From a virus (Duplodnaviria > Caudoviricetes), in IMG/VR virus record IMGVR_UViG_3300046719_000027, positions 1-50,014 of that record: a DNA stretch of 50,014 bases; one strand, written 5' to 3'. Position numbers and translations under genes: made by a program. The notes under the pieces are model-generated. The model did no database searches, was not told the DNA's origin, and was given only the letters and a program-made list of their open reading frames with translations. Positions 28,186 to 36,649 of the stretch are shown piece after piece (within the stretch, counting starts at the first letter, position 1; each line of letters opens with the position of its first letter).

Positions 28186-29482
28186 AGTGAGTTTGGATCA
28201 TTTTCCTTCGGACCGAAACGACCGGCCCTCTTTCTTCTAGAGTCATAAAATTCTCTTGAAGGCCAATTACCAGATATCTCAACGCATCCATAATATGTCT
28301 AGCTGGCTGAGGATTAGCTGGGCGATCAAGCAATTCATCTTCTTCATTAGCATTCTTCGCCCAAACATATTGCTCGCGATAGTCTATCAGAGCTTTACAA
28401 TTTGGGAATATCCTTAAGCGGCCAGTTTTGAAACGATCATACACTAAGTCAATCCCTGCAAGTATATCATTGTTTGATTTAAGGATTGGATAACCTAATT
28501 CATCCGCAGTCGCCATCTGATCGGCACCAGAAGGATCACCAAAAGCTGCATCTACTTCTAAACCAGCTCTTTTCCAACGATCAATATGACCACGCATAGT
28601 CATAGAAGGTGCTTCATATTCGGCAACCACATAAAGAACATCACTATTTATATCGTATCTAGCCCAGAGAGCTGCGTTCGGATCGTTCATACCGAAGTCA
28701 TGACCAGAGAAACAAGGCCAGTGTGAAGGAATTCCTCTAGGAAACTCTTTCTCTGGATCAATAATTAAATCGACGGTCGAAGGGTCATCGTAAATAAGAC
28801 CGTAGGGCTTAGCAAAATTACCTTCAAAGAAGATGGAGAAATATTCTGGGCGGCGTCGTGCTTTGATTTCCTCCAAAAGCACAGGATCGAAAGAGAGATT
28901 ATCCAACGAACGACAATGAACCCACTCCACGTCCATGCGACTACCATCCATATATGGATTGTAGACATCTGTTTTTAGCCAATTGTTAAAGTACGGAACT
29001 GAGGTCAGGAGGATTGGAGACTTGTGTAGGTTAGTACGGCGCTCGGCCACGTCATAAGCGACTCTAGCCATCTGACCACACTCATCAATCCAGACTCCTC
29101 CCTCCAAGTGGGAACCCTCCAGCGATAGAGCGTTCTCGCTAGATCCGAAAAGAATCTGGCTATTATTGTTTTTGAGAGTCAGAGTGGCAGTCGAAAGATT
29201 CATAACATATGGAACTTTATAGGATTTAAGGAAATCCTCAATGCGCTTAATCATAACACGAACCACGTGACGCTGATAAGAAAGACCAATAGCCAAGCAC
29301 TGCGCATTAGGTTTGCTTAGCCATTTCATTATGATATAAGGAGCTAACCATGTTTTACCCGAGCCAGTTCCTCCGATCAAAGCAATAATACGTTTATCGG
29401 AATTGTACGCCTTAATCTGGTGATGGAAAAATTGGGCGGGGCCTTGGCCCTCTGGGACCTTCTGGTTAGGTTCCTGGATCAT
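28178..29482 (-). CDS. terL: Terminase large subunit
   Basis: Walker A GGTGSGKT, Walker B WIDE, nuclease HDFG and HIMDALRY. Confidence 0.95.
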   Translation of the reverse strand: MIQEPNQKVPEGQGPAQFFHHQIKAYNSDKRIIALIGGTGSGKTWLAPYIIMKWLSKPNAQCLAIGLSYQRHVVRVMIKRIEDFLKSYKVPYVMNLSTATLTLKNNNSQILFGSSENALSLEGSHLEGGVWIDECGQMARVAYDVAERRTNLHKSPILLTSVPYFNNWLKTDVYNPYMDGSRMDVEWVHCRSLDNLSFDPVLLEEIKARRRPEYFSIFFEGNFAKPYGLIYDDPSTVDLIIDPEKEFPRGIPSHWPCFSGHDFGMNDPNAALWARYDINSDVLYVVAEYEAPSMTMRGHIDRWKRAGLEVDAAFGDPSGADQMATADELGYPILKSNNDILAGIDLVYDRFKTGRLRIFPNCKALIDYREQYVWAKNANEEDELLDRPANPQPARHIMDALRYLVIGLQENFMTLEERGPVVSVRRKMIQTHYG

Positions 29483-30101
29483 TCTTTGGTGTTAATGCTG
29501 CGATTGGGCGAGGAGCATGGTCAATTACCATGGCTTGGGCTTGTGGATCATTAGGATGAGGCATAATATTAATCTGAATTGCCTGATTTGTAACTTTATC
29601 AGCCGGCTGATCCGCCGCATCAATGCCTTGCAAGCGAGCTTGGCGTTCTAGGACCTTCATAGCTACCTCTACGGCACGTTCTCGCCCCTGAATTACTTTA
29701 GGAGCCAGTCCTCGCCAGGCCATTTCTAGTCTTTCGTTTTGAAGTTCTCGTAGACTTTCTATACTCTCTTTTTCATGCTTATCCATTAATCTCTGATAAG
29801 CTGATCGAGCATGTCTACCACTTTTATAGTCTAATTCTGCGGCGATCTCGTCAAAAGATAGACCTTGAACCCTTAATTCCAGGATTCTAAGTGCTTTAGC
29901 GCGTGTCCAATCAGAGTTTGCGCCTCTTTTTTTAGGTTTTACAGGTAAGGGTCGCAGATTTGTGTTCTTGTCTTCATCAACAATTGTTAGAGCCTGGGCT
30001 TCAGCTATAGCTGGTTTCTTAGTAGGCCCGGCGAGAATGATGTCAACTAGATCAGCAACTTTCTTATCTAAGTCGTCACTCTGGCGTCCAGGAAGCATCA
30101 T
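29466..30101 (-). CDS. terS: Terminase small subunit
   Basis: HTH (LRVQGLSFDEIAAEL) plus helical oligomerisation region, directly upstream of terL. Confidence 0.75.
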   Translation of the reverse strand: MMLPGRQSDDLDKKVADLVDIILAGPTKKPAIAEAQALTIVDEDKNTNLRPLPVKPKKRGANSDWTRAKALRILELRVQGLSFDEIAAELDYKSGRHARSAYQRLMDKHEKESIESLRELQNERLEMAWRGLAPKVIQGRERAVEVAMKVLERQARLQGIDAADQPADKVTNQAIQINIMPHPNDPQAQAMVIDHAPRPIAALTPKNDPGT

Positions 30102-30370
30102 ATACGTCTGGAAGATTTAGGCCGTTGGGGATGTCTAAAATTTTCGGTTCTAGGCCGGGCGGAATTAAAGATTCGTCTACGACCGCCTCAACACGCGTCG
30201 GAAAAACCACGATGTGGTCACTTTTAGGCAGTTCTCTAGATTCCATAGGTATCCTCTTTTTCTGATCTTGGCTCCTCGGCCAGAAACTTGTACTGTAGCT
30301 GTCTCTGTAAGTGGCTCCAGAGAATCACTGGTGCCTCTACTTGGCGTCTCTGGGCTGGCGCTTCTTTCCT

Positions 30371-30655
30371 CTATAGCCATCCGCGACTCCTCTCAAAAAT
30401 TCCATCCAAAACTTCGGGTGGGATACGTTCGCAAGCATTCTGGAGCGGACCCTCTTCTTCATAATCAGTAGACAGGTTGATAAACCGGCCAACACCCATT
30501 GTGGCGATATGATAATCAATAGGATCATCAGTTGCTTGAGATTCAAGTATAGCATTGAAGTGTTTTGGACACCAAAAATTACCAATATTTATCAACTTCG
30601 GAGTCCAAAAACGCTTTTTTAGACGCTTTTGGACCTTTTTTAACCACAAAATCAC
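30371..30655 (-). CDS. Hypothetical protein
   Basis: 94 aa ORF in minus-strand run. Confidence 0.45.
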   Translation of the reverse strand: MILWLKKVQKRLKKRFWTPKLINIGNFWCPKHFNAILESQATDDPIDYHIATMGVGRFINLSTDYEEEGPLQNACERIPPEVLDGIFERSRGWL

Positions 30656-30668
30656 TTTTCTAGTACTT

Positions 30669-30851
30669 CTATTCTTCTTTGCGAGGTAAATTGTTATGAC
30701 GAGGATCGTAAAATAAATGATCGACTAATAACTTTAGATCAATCGTGTAGTAAGCACATTCCTCATCGCCGCAGAACATCACTTGATTAGAAGAGAACTT
30801 TTTATTTATATCAAAACTATTTGGAACTTCGAAAACCAGGAACTTGCTCAT
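30669..30851 (-). CDS. Hypothetical protein
   Basis: 60 aa, SD-like GGTAGGAG. Confidence 0.5.
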   Translation of the reverse strand: MSKFLVFEVPNSFDINKKFSSNQVMFCGDEECAYYTIDLKLLVDHLFYDPRHNNLPRKEE

Positions 30852-30957
30852 CTCCTACCACCTATTAAGAGCTTTAAGTAGGTCAACGACCAATTTTACT
30901 GAGCAAAGAACGATACCAGCTACACAAAAAGTTAGTATCCAGGCGGCGAGGGTGTAA

Positions 30958-31290
30958 TCAAGTGTCACCGGGTACGATCTCTAAGGTAATAATAGGATTC
31001 CCGGGGTTAGATACAACTTTAATCTTGGCCTTACTGCAAAGATTTATCACTGAGGCCATGTCAGAAACCTGAATGAAGGGGTCAATTTTCTCTGCCAACG
31101 GCTTTACTTGAATCTGAACTCGAATGCTCATCGCTGCCGGGCGAGGCTTGTAATTATGTTCGAACCAATTGCCCCCGTCCGGCGGAGCTTCTTCGTCCTT
31201 GGGCTTGAACAAGTACCGCCTCTCTACTACGCTATCCGCTATCCTCTCGGCAGCGCCGGGATCGAGGATGTCGCCGCCTGGGTCAATCAT
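30958..31290 (-). CDS. Hypothetical protein, first gene of the leftward operon
   Basis: 110 aa, SD GGGGAG, just downstream of extended -10 promoter. Confidence 0.6.
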   Translation of the reverse strand: MIDPGGDILDPGAAERIADSVVERRYLFKPKDEEAPPDGGNWFEHNYKPRPAAMSIRVQIQVKPLAEKIDPFIQVSDMASVINLCSKAKIKVVSNPGNPIITLEIVPGDT

Positions 31291-31324
31291 ACTTACGTTT
31301 TCTCCCCATTAGGTATCTCTACTC

Positions 31325-31333
31325 ATTATATCA
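31325..31333 (-). promoter_or_regulatory. Extended -10 promoter element (TGnTATAAT) for leftward operon
   Basis: Perfect TGATATAAT at the strand switch, ~35 nt upstream of ATG 31290; no well-spaced -35. Confidence 0.6.
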
Positions 31334-31464
31334 AGGCTATCACCCTCGCAGGTGCAATACCCCTAATACAAGAATCTAGCACAAAACCCTTAGTTGTGTT
31401 AGGATCGCAAGGGTTCTTGGGCGTTGGCCGGGTTGTCCATTAGACAGCCCGGCCTTTTCTGTCC

Positions 31465-31650
31465 ATGGAGATTGGAATGAGAGTTAAGGTTCAGAATAAG
31501 AAACAGTTTGCGTATGATGGCACTTTACTAGGACTAAAGAAAGTTCTTAAGATGATCGAAGAGAATAAAATTCCAGATGACGCTTGCATTTATTTTAGAG
31601 GCAGAGTCGTTGAAGTCATGTGGAGTAGCTTAAATGATAGTAGCGTATGA
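31465..31650 (+). CDS. Hypothetical protein
   Basis: First gene of rightward run; true start may be 31477 (SD GGAG). Confidence 0.5.
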   Translation: MEIGMRVKVQNKKQFAYDGTLLGLKKVLKMIEENKIPDDACIYFRGRVVEVMWSSLNDSSV

Positions 31651-31903
31651 AGATCCAGTGCAGCGAGGGGATGGGTGGTGGTTCAAGCGAGTAACTGACA
31701 CCTTTGAGGTCTGGTTTGGACCTTATCCTGACGAAAATAACTGTTACTACAATCTACAAAGACTGCGCAAAGGTGATATCGGCAATTTAAATCCTGCCGT
31801 ACATCAAAATCTCTTCGAGGCTCCGTCTTGGCGTCAAACTGTTAGAGATATTTTCGGAGACAGCGGCGTCGAAGCTTACCCTCCCAGAGGCTCTAGAGGA
31901 TAA
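31634..31903 (+). CDS. Hypothetical protein (paralog of 32193-32486 C-terminus)
   Basis: RGDGWWFKR...WFGPYPDENNC motif. Confidence 0.6.
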   Translation: MIVAYEDPVQRGDGWWFKRVTDTFEVWFGPYPDENNCYYNLQRLRKGDIGNLNPAVHQNLFEAPSWRQTVRDIFGDSGVEAYPPRGSRG

Positions 31904-32098
31904 ATGTCGGGCCGTTCAGTAATTTACCTACGTCGAGGCGGCAAGAAACGCCATATCTTCACCAAGGAAGGTACATTCTGGGTGGCGATCTGTGACATTA
32001 AGATAATTTTTAGGAATACACATCCCGGGGCCATTAAAGACGTGGACTGTAAAAACTGTCAACGTCTCTACGACCCAAAGAAACATTTATATATTTAG
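31904..32098 (+). CDS. Small Zn-binding protein
   Basis: H..C..CKNC; SD GAGG. Confidence 0.55.
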   Translation: MSGRSVIYLRRGGKKRHIFTKEGTFWVAICDIKIIFRNTHPGAIKDVDCKNCQRLYDPKKHLYI

Positions 32099-32192
32099 AT
32101 GTCTCTTTACACTCTATTAGAAAATGTATTCTTCTTTGTTATAATTATCGCCTGGTTCGCTGACGTATGTATATCAGCCAGGGAGCAAGGCT

Positions 32193-32486
32193 ATGAGCAA
32201 ACACATACGGATCTTTGTGCGGGGGATTCAAGGGATTCCTTACGGGGAGAGGATTATGCCCGGATACATCTTTGCCAATCGAGAGCAAAGAGGAACATCA
32301 AGCATATATTACCGACCAGAAGCGCGGGGCGATAAATGGTGGTACGAACGTACAGTAATAATTACCAGACCTAATGCTACTGATGAAGTTCATACGCAGT
32401 GGTTTGGTAGCTACGATGATGAGCGAGAGTGTCTAGAAAGAATTAAACGCGCCAAGCAAATGGATAACGAATTTTCCAATCTCTAG
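32193..32486 (+). CDS. Hypothetical protein
   Basis: RGDKWWYER...WFGSYDDEREC; SD GGGAG. Confidence 0.6.
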   Translation: MSKHIRIFVRGIQGIPYGERIMPGYIFANREQRGTSSIYYRPEARGDKWWYERTVIITRPNATDEVHTQWFGSYDDERECLERIKRAKQMDNEFSNL

Positions 32487-32618
32487 CAGCGCAGGTCGTG
32501 CTAGGGAACAGTTGTTCGCTTGACTGCTAGTACGCAACGTGTTAGCATAGCATGTGTAGTGGTCGTATAGAGGGTGGCCCCGGCGGGCTGCCCTCTTTCT
32601 TTTTACCAAGGATTAGCA

Positions 32619-32804
32619 ATGGAAACTTGCAATACATGCAAAGAGATTCTACAACTGGTGAATCATGGGTGGGCGACAGGTCTATGGGAGCATTCTCACG
32701 ATTGTGGCCGACTAGGACCGAATACCTCAACTCGTGCTTGCACTTGTGGGCTTACTTTTTTCTACCAATTAATCGACAAGATGGAAAAAGATGAAAGTAA
32801 CTAG
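32619..32804 (+). CDS. Small Cys/His-rich protein
   Basis: METCNTC...HSHDC...CTCG; SD AAGGA. Confidence 0.5.
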   Translation: METCNTCKEILQLVNHGWATGLWEHSHDCGRLGPNTSTRACTCGLTFFYQLIDKMEKDESN

Positions 32805-33099
32805 CTCAGTCGGCGAGTATGTCCGTCGAGAAGCTTACTACTACATGACCAATGGGTGGGTACCCGATATTTACTTACATACTTTCGTGCATGTCAATCG
32901 TTGCGCTCTTAACGAAGTCGCTAAAATAATCAGGAGCGAAGAGGACAAAGGATATTTAGTTAATGCTAGCCCACTAAGATTTTCTGAATTCCATGCAGTT
33001 CTTTCCTATAAGATGACACCAGCAGTACCTGCCGATTCTGAGTTTCAAAAGAAGATCGGTGAGGCTGGTGCTCATCTAAGAAACATTATTACGAGGTAA
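32791..33099 (+). CDS. Hypothetical protein
   Basis: 102 aa in packed run. Confidence 0.55.
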   Translation: MKVTSSVGEYVRREAYYYMTNGWVPDIYLHTFVHVNRCALNEVAKIIRSEEDKGYLVNASPLRFSEFHAVLSYKMTPAVPADSEFQKKIGEAGAHLRNIITR

Positions 33100-33101
33100 A
33101 A

Positions 33102-33344
33102 ATGGAATTAGCAATACCCCGCACAATTATTGTCGATGACTTGGCTCGGAGCATTATTACTCTGGCTCATGTGCACGGACCTTTTCAATTGGGACGCACC
33201 CCAATTCACGACAAGGGCTTGGAGTCATATTACTTAGCCTTGGCTGAGCTAGATAAGAGAACTCTGGATGACGAGTACAGAACTCAGATCACTCAGGAAG
33301 CGCTACGAAGATTCGGTCTAGCCTTAGCGTTTACATCGCTGTGA
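33102..33344 (+). CDS. Hypothetical protein
   Basis: 80 aa, SD GAGGT. Confidence 0.55.
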   Translation: MELAIPRTIIVDDLARSIITLAHVHGPFQLGRTPIHDKGLESYYLALAELDKRTLDDEYRTQITQEALRRFGLALAFTSL

Positions 33345-33550
33345 TTATTATCTCTTGCTCAGGAAGTCATCTTTACTATAACCCAGACGAGTCACAAGAT
33401 AATCCCAGCTATGATAGAATTATCGCTGTAGGGTTCAATAGTGATCCCTCAGGTGAACTACCAGAGATGCTTGTCTATTACGACGAGAAAACTAATACCA
33501 TAAAGCGGGCGACTGACGGCAACGGATTTAAAGGGAGAATCGAATCGTAG
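33341..33550 (+). CDS. Hypothetical protein
   Basis: 69 aa, GTGA overlap. Confidence 0.5.
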   Translation: MIIISCSGSHLYYNPDESQDNPSYDRIIAVGFNSDPSGELPEMLVYYDEKTNTIKRATDGNGFKGRIES

Positions 33551-33573
33551 AATTTCTATTAGAAAACAGAAGA

Positions 33574-33834
33574 ATGTTATGTCCGCGTTGTGGGTATCCA
33601 TTGAAAGCCCGAGAGAATTCTAAAACTGGATCAGCCTTTCTTGGCTGTTCAATATGGCCAGCTTGTAGTTATTCCTCAGATTTAAAAGAGTGGAATCGAC
33701 ATCCAGACAAGCTTAGGGCCGAGTTCTATATCTCACCGAGCCAGCGCAAAGAGCTAGCGTTCGCGGAGGCTAGCGGAATTGATACTAGTCCTAGAAAACT
33801 AGTTAACAGAGTCAACGGGAGATTAACTGAGTGA
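33574..33834 (+). CDS. Topoisomerase I-type C4 zinc-ribbon protein
   Basis: CPRCG.....FLGCSIWPAC. Confidence 0.7.
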   Translation: MLCPRCGYPLKARENSKTGSAFLGCSIWPACSYSSDLKEWNRHPDKLRAEFYISPSQRKELAFAEASGIDTSPRKLVNRVNGRLTE

Positions 33835-34133
33835 CTATGGAATCTGAAGCGCCGACACTGAGAGAGCTACTTGATCCAGAGCTAATTCCAATGATGGAGG
33901 ATCTAGAGAGGGAGAGAGATAGTTGGAAGTGGCTTTATAAAGATGCACAGGAACAGATCAAGTATTATGAGAAATTAGTGGGTGCCACGGAAGAATTAAT
34001 GACTACCATGAACGAGTGGTTAGCCGCACAGGAACGAGGCTATAAACAGGATATCAATAACTCTGAAACAGCTATGGCTATAAAGCTTGAGTCAATCAAA
34101 GAGCTAGTAAAGTCGAAGAAGACTAGTGGGTAG
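33831..34133 (+). CDS. Coiled-coil hypothetical protein
   Basis: 100 aa acidic helical. Confidence 0.55.
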   Translation: MTMESEAPTLRELLDPELIPMMEDLERERDSWKWLYKDAQEQIKYYEKLVGATEELMTTMNEWLAAQERGYKQDINNSETAMAIKLESIKELVKSKKTSG

Positions 34134-34392
34134 TTGGCGCACAGGCAGTGATCGGGGAGATGTTCCCGGGCCAAGACAAAGAACTCTCTATGGCCCAGAT
34201 GGGGAACTCCGGGGAGTTATGTTTTCCTCCGAGGATGCACTTCTAGTTATTAGAGCTTTACAAAATCAGGAGTATTGCGAGAAATTAAAGGAAGAGGCTC
34301 GATTAGCTTGTAAAGATATTAGTATAAATGAACCTCGTGCTGCGCTAATTAGACTTGGAGAAATCTTAACCAAGAAGGATCTTAGTGAGTAG
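34126..34392 (+). CDS. Hypothetical protein
   Basis: 88 aa in packed run. Confidence 0.5.
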   Translation: MGSWRTGSDRGDVPGPRQRTLYGPDGELRGVMFSSEDALLVIRALQNQEYCEKLKEEARLACKDISINEPRAALIRLGEILTKKDLSE

Positions 34393-34589
34393 TGATGGAA
34401 GAAATTAAGTACGAGGTTATAGAGACAGATAGTAATGGGTCAGCAGGTCCGGGATGGTTCATTGCTCACATTGTTGGATATTGGCCCAAGGGATATAGTA
34501 AGAAATTAGGTGTGCCGTGGGACGAAGAAGAGGAAAAAGATCATCTAGAGTTTGTAGTGGAAACATTAAATATAGGCAGAGATATATAG
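34392..34589 (+). CDS. Hypothetical protein
   Basis: 65 aa in packed run. Confidence 0.5.
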   Translation: MMEEIKYEVIETDSNGSAGPGWFIAHIVGYWPKGYSKKLGVPWDEEEEKDHLEFVVETLNIGRDI

Positions 34590-34590
34590 G

Positions 34591-34884
34591 TTGTCACAGT
34601 TCTTAGTAGTCTTTCAGGCTATTATCACTATCTACGGAACTTCTATGGCTCTGGGTCCAATTATTCAAGCTTATAAGATATATAGAGCCAAGTCTTCGAA
34701 GAATGTCTCCAGGTTTATGTTTTCTTATGTAGGCTTCGGATGTTTCTTATGGTTAGTCTGGGGACTATTAAGTAGTAATGCTCCACTAATTGTAGCTAAT
34801 ATAGTAGGAACTATAGGGTATGCAATGTGTGTAGCTTCTATATTTATCTGGAACGAGGAGGGAGGAGCTACCTCTCTATCTTAA
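34591..34884 (+). CDS. SemiSWEET/PQ-loop (MtN3-like) three-TM transporter
   Basis: QAYKIYRAKSSKNVS, LWLVWGLL and PLIVANIVG match SemiSWEET signatures, including the conserved W and N. Confidence 0.8.
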   Translation: MSQFLVVFQAIITIYGTSMALGPIIQAYKIYRAKSSKNVSRFMFSYVGFGCFLWLVWGLLSSNAPLIVANIVGTIGYAMCVASIFIWNEEGGATSLS

Positions 34885-34921
34885 TGGTTAGGTTACAGTC
34901 TAGGTATCAGCTTCTGGGCTC

Positions 34922-34952
34922 TTGACGAGAAGATGGGTGGATGTGATATGCT
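34922..34952 (+). promoter_or_regulatory. Sigma70-type promoter candidate
   Basis: TTGACG-N19-TATGCT with TGn extension; spacer is long. Confidence 0.4.
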
Positions 34953-34957
34953 CTCTC

Positions 34958-35200
34958 ACGGTACGGGTACTGCGAGACAGTTCTCCTCCCACTCTCCGGA
35001 AGGGCAGGCCGCCACCAGGGGCGAAGCTGAGCGTTCCGGGGCCAGGAATCAGGCTCCCAGCGATGGGTCGCCGCCCTGGCCCTCGGGATAGATTCACCAG
35101 GCGCCGGGGACGATGGAGCAGCAGAATGGGCCACTCTCTTAGAGAGTGAGCGGCTGATGAGACATCTCGTTTAGTAAAGGGTTCGAATCCCTCTACTATA
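34958..35200 (+). ncRNA. Candidate GC-rich structured RNA of unknown family
   Basis: GC-rich island with nested stems; ends in a hairpin capped by a T-loop (GGTTCGAATCC); ORFs here look spurious. Confidence 0.35.
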
Positions 35201-35451
35201 AATAAAAAAATACCCCTGCGTCTACTCTCAAATTTAAACGTCGTTTCCACCTTCTTCCCCGAGCCGTGCGAGGGAACTAGTTGTAGAGAAAGATCCCAAC
35301 CTTATGTCTCTTCCTTTTCTTTATTCGCATCTGTACATTCTGTTTTGGCATCTAGGAGCACTGACCACAGTCGTAACTATCGCAACCGGGGCATGGCTTC
35401 TAGCAAGTAACGTGCAGCCGATAACATTCTTCCTGGCGCAGGGAGATACTT

Positions 35452-35655
35452 TTGACAGAGCAAGAAATTATCAATACCCTTCGGGCTCGAAGGCTAGAGA
35501 AGGGTATAAAGTTGAGGGAGGCCGCGGAGTTATCAGGACTACCTCCCTCAACTATATGGAGAATAGAATCAGGAACCAGTGGGCCTCGCATAAGTACGAT
35601 TCTAGCTTATGCAAGGATTCTAGATACTACTCTGACGCTGTCTAACAGAGACTAA
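35452..35655 (+). CDS. XRE-family HTH regulator
   Basis: LRARRLEKGIKLREAAELSGLPPSTIWRIESG; SD GGGAG. Confidence 0.9.
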   Translation: MTEQEIINTLRARRLEKGIKLREAAELSGLPPSTIWRIESGTSGPRISTILAYARILDTTLTLSNRD

Positions 35656-35662
35656 TTAACTA

Positions 35663-35691
35663 GGGAGGTCCAACTAGGATCTCCCTTTTTT
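35663..35691 (+). terminator. Rho-independent terminator
   Basis: GGGAGGTCC-AACTA-GGATCTCCC followed by TTTTTT. Confidence 0.85.
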
Positions 35692-35882
35692 ATTGCTCTA
35701 CTGACTGCGTGTTAGCATTCAACCTCGCACATATATATCTATTTTTTCTTCTCAAGATATTATGATTTTTAGTCGTAGTTTTTTTGGTATCAGACACGAG
35801 TTGGATTGATAGTATGGAGTATATTTATGCTAGTTTGCAATCGTAGTTTTTTTGATTTCTGGAGCGAGTTGGAGCCTCTCCT

Positions 35883-35896
35883 CGAACACCTGTTCG
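35883..35896. promoter_or_regulatory. Gram-positive-type LexA (SOS/Cheo) box candidate
   Basis: CGAAC-ACCT-GTTCG palindrome in intergenic DNA. Confidence 0.5.
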
Positions 35897-36004
35897 CCTA
35901 CCAATAGTAAGAAAGCCACGGGGGGTTGCCAGTCAACCATCACTTAACATCCAGTTTAGTCTGACTTTACTCATTACTATGAATCAATAGTTTTACTATT
36001 CATT

Positions 36005-36443
36005 CATAGTAGTAGTATGTATAGTAGATATATACATATATACTATGTATATATAGTATGTATGTATACCTATATATAATATAGTATTAACATATACACA
36101 TATAGTATTAACATATATACATAATAGCCTATATATATCTACATATACACATATCTACATGGGTATGCACCGGTATTAACATTCCTACATAGAAATACCT
36201 ACTAGTTCATGTTAATAAGAATGAACATGAATATCATTGACATACACGTATGTGTGTGGTATACGCACGCGTACGTGCGTGTGTACGCGTACGCGTGCGT
36301 CCTATCTACCTACCCTGCCCCAGTTCCTTCTCTTCAGTAGGTAGGCTACCTTAAGTAGGTAGGCTACCCTATGAATATAGGTAGGCACTGCACATGTGCA
36401 GTCGTTATAGTTAGCACCAATGAGATTGACTACTGAGATTGAC
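36005..36443. repeat. AT-rich/RY-alternating tract with direct repeats (origin- or terminus-like)
   Basis: 18-mer ATATAGTATTAACATATA x2, AGTAGGTAGGCTACC x2 plus a partial copy, TGAGATTGAC x2, 42-nt perfect RY run. Confidence 0.6.
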
Positions 36444-36649
36444 CGGCGGAGCTAACTCAGCTCCTCTCGATTAAATCAGAATTCATTCTTAATTAGTTCA
36501 GACCGTACGTACCTTTACAAAATCCCATAGCTCGCGATCCTCTCTATGTGAGGGGGCGCATATGAGTAAGAGAAACCCCACTTGCTTACGGGAACATCCC
36601 GCGCATTTGTTCGGATCTCTTGCTAGCCTTGGTGTTACATACTTCTATC

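Noticed and set aside
1339-31443. Plus-strand ORFs opposite the structural and sugar genes
   Set aside because: Antisense shadows of well-supported minus-strand genes
35060-35175. HDV-like, hammerhead or SRP motif (GCAGAATGGGCC, CTGATGAG, CAGG..AGCAG)
   Set aside because: Could not build the HDV P1/P3/P1.1 core; no GAAA for a hammerhead; SRP helix-8 spacing does not fit
35170-35200. tRNA or tmRNA gene at GGTTCGAATCC
   Set aside because: No acceptor, D or anticodon arms and no CCA; flanks pair locally as a simple hairpin
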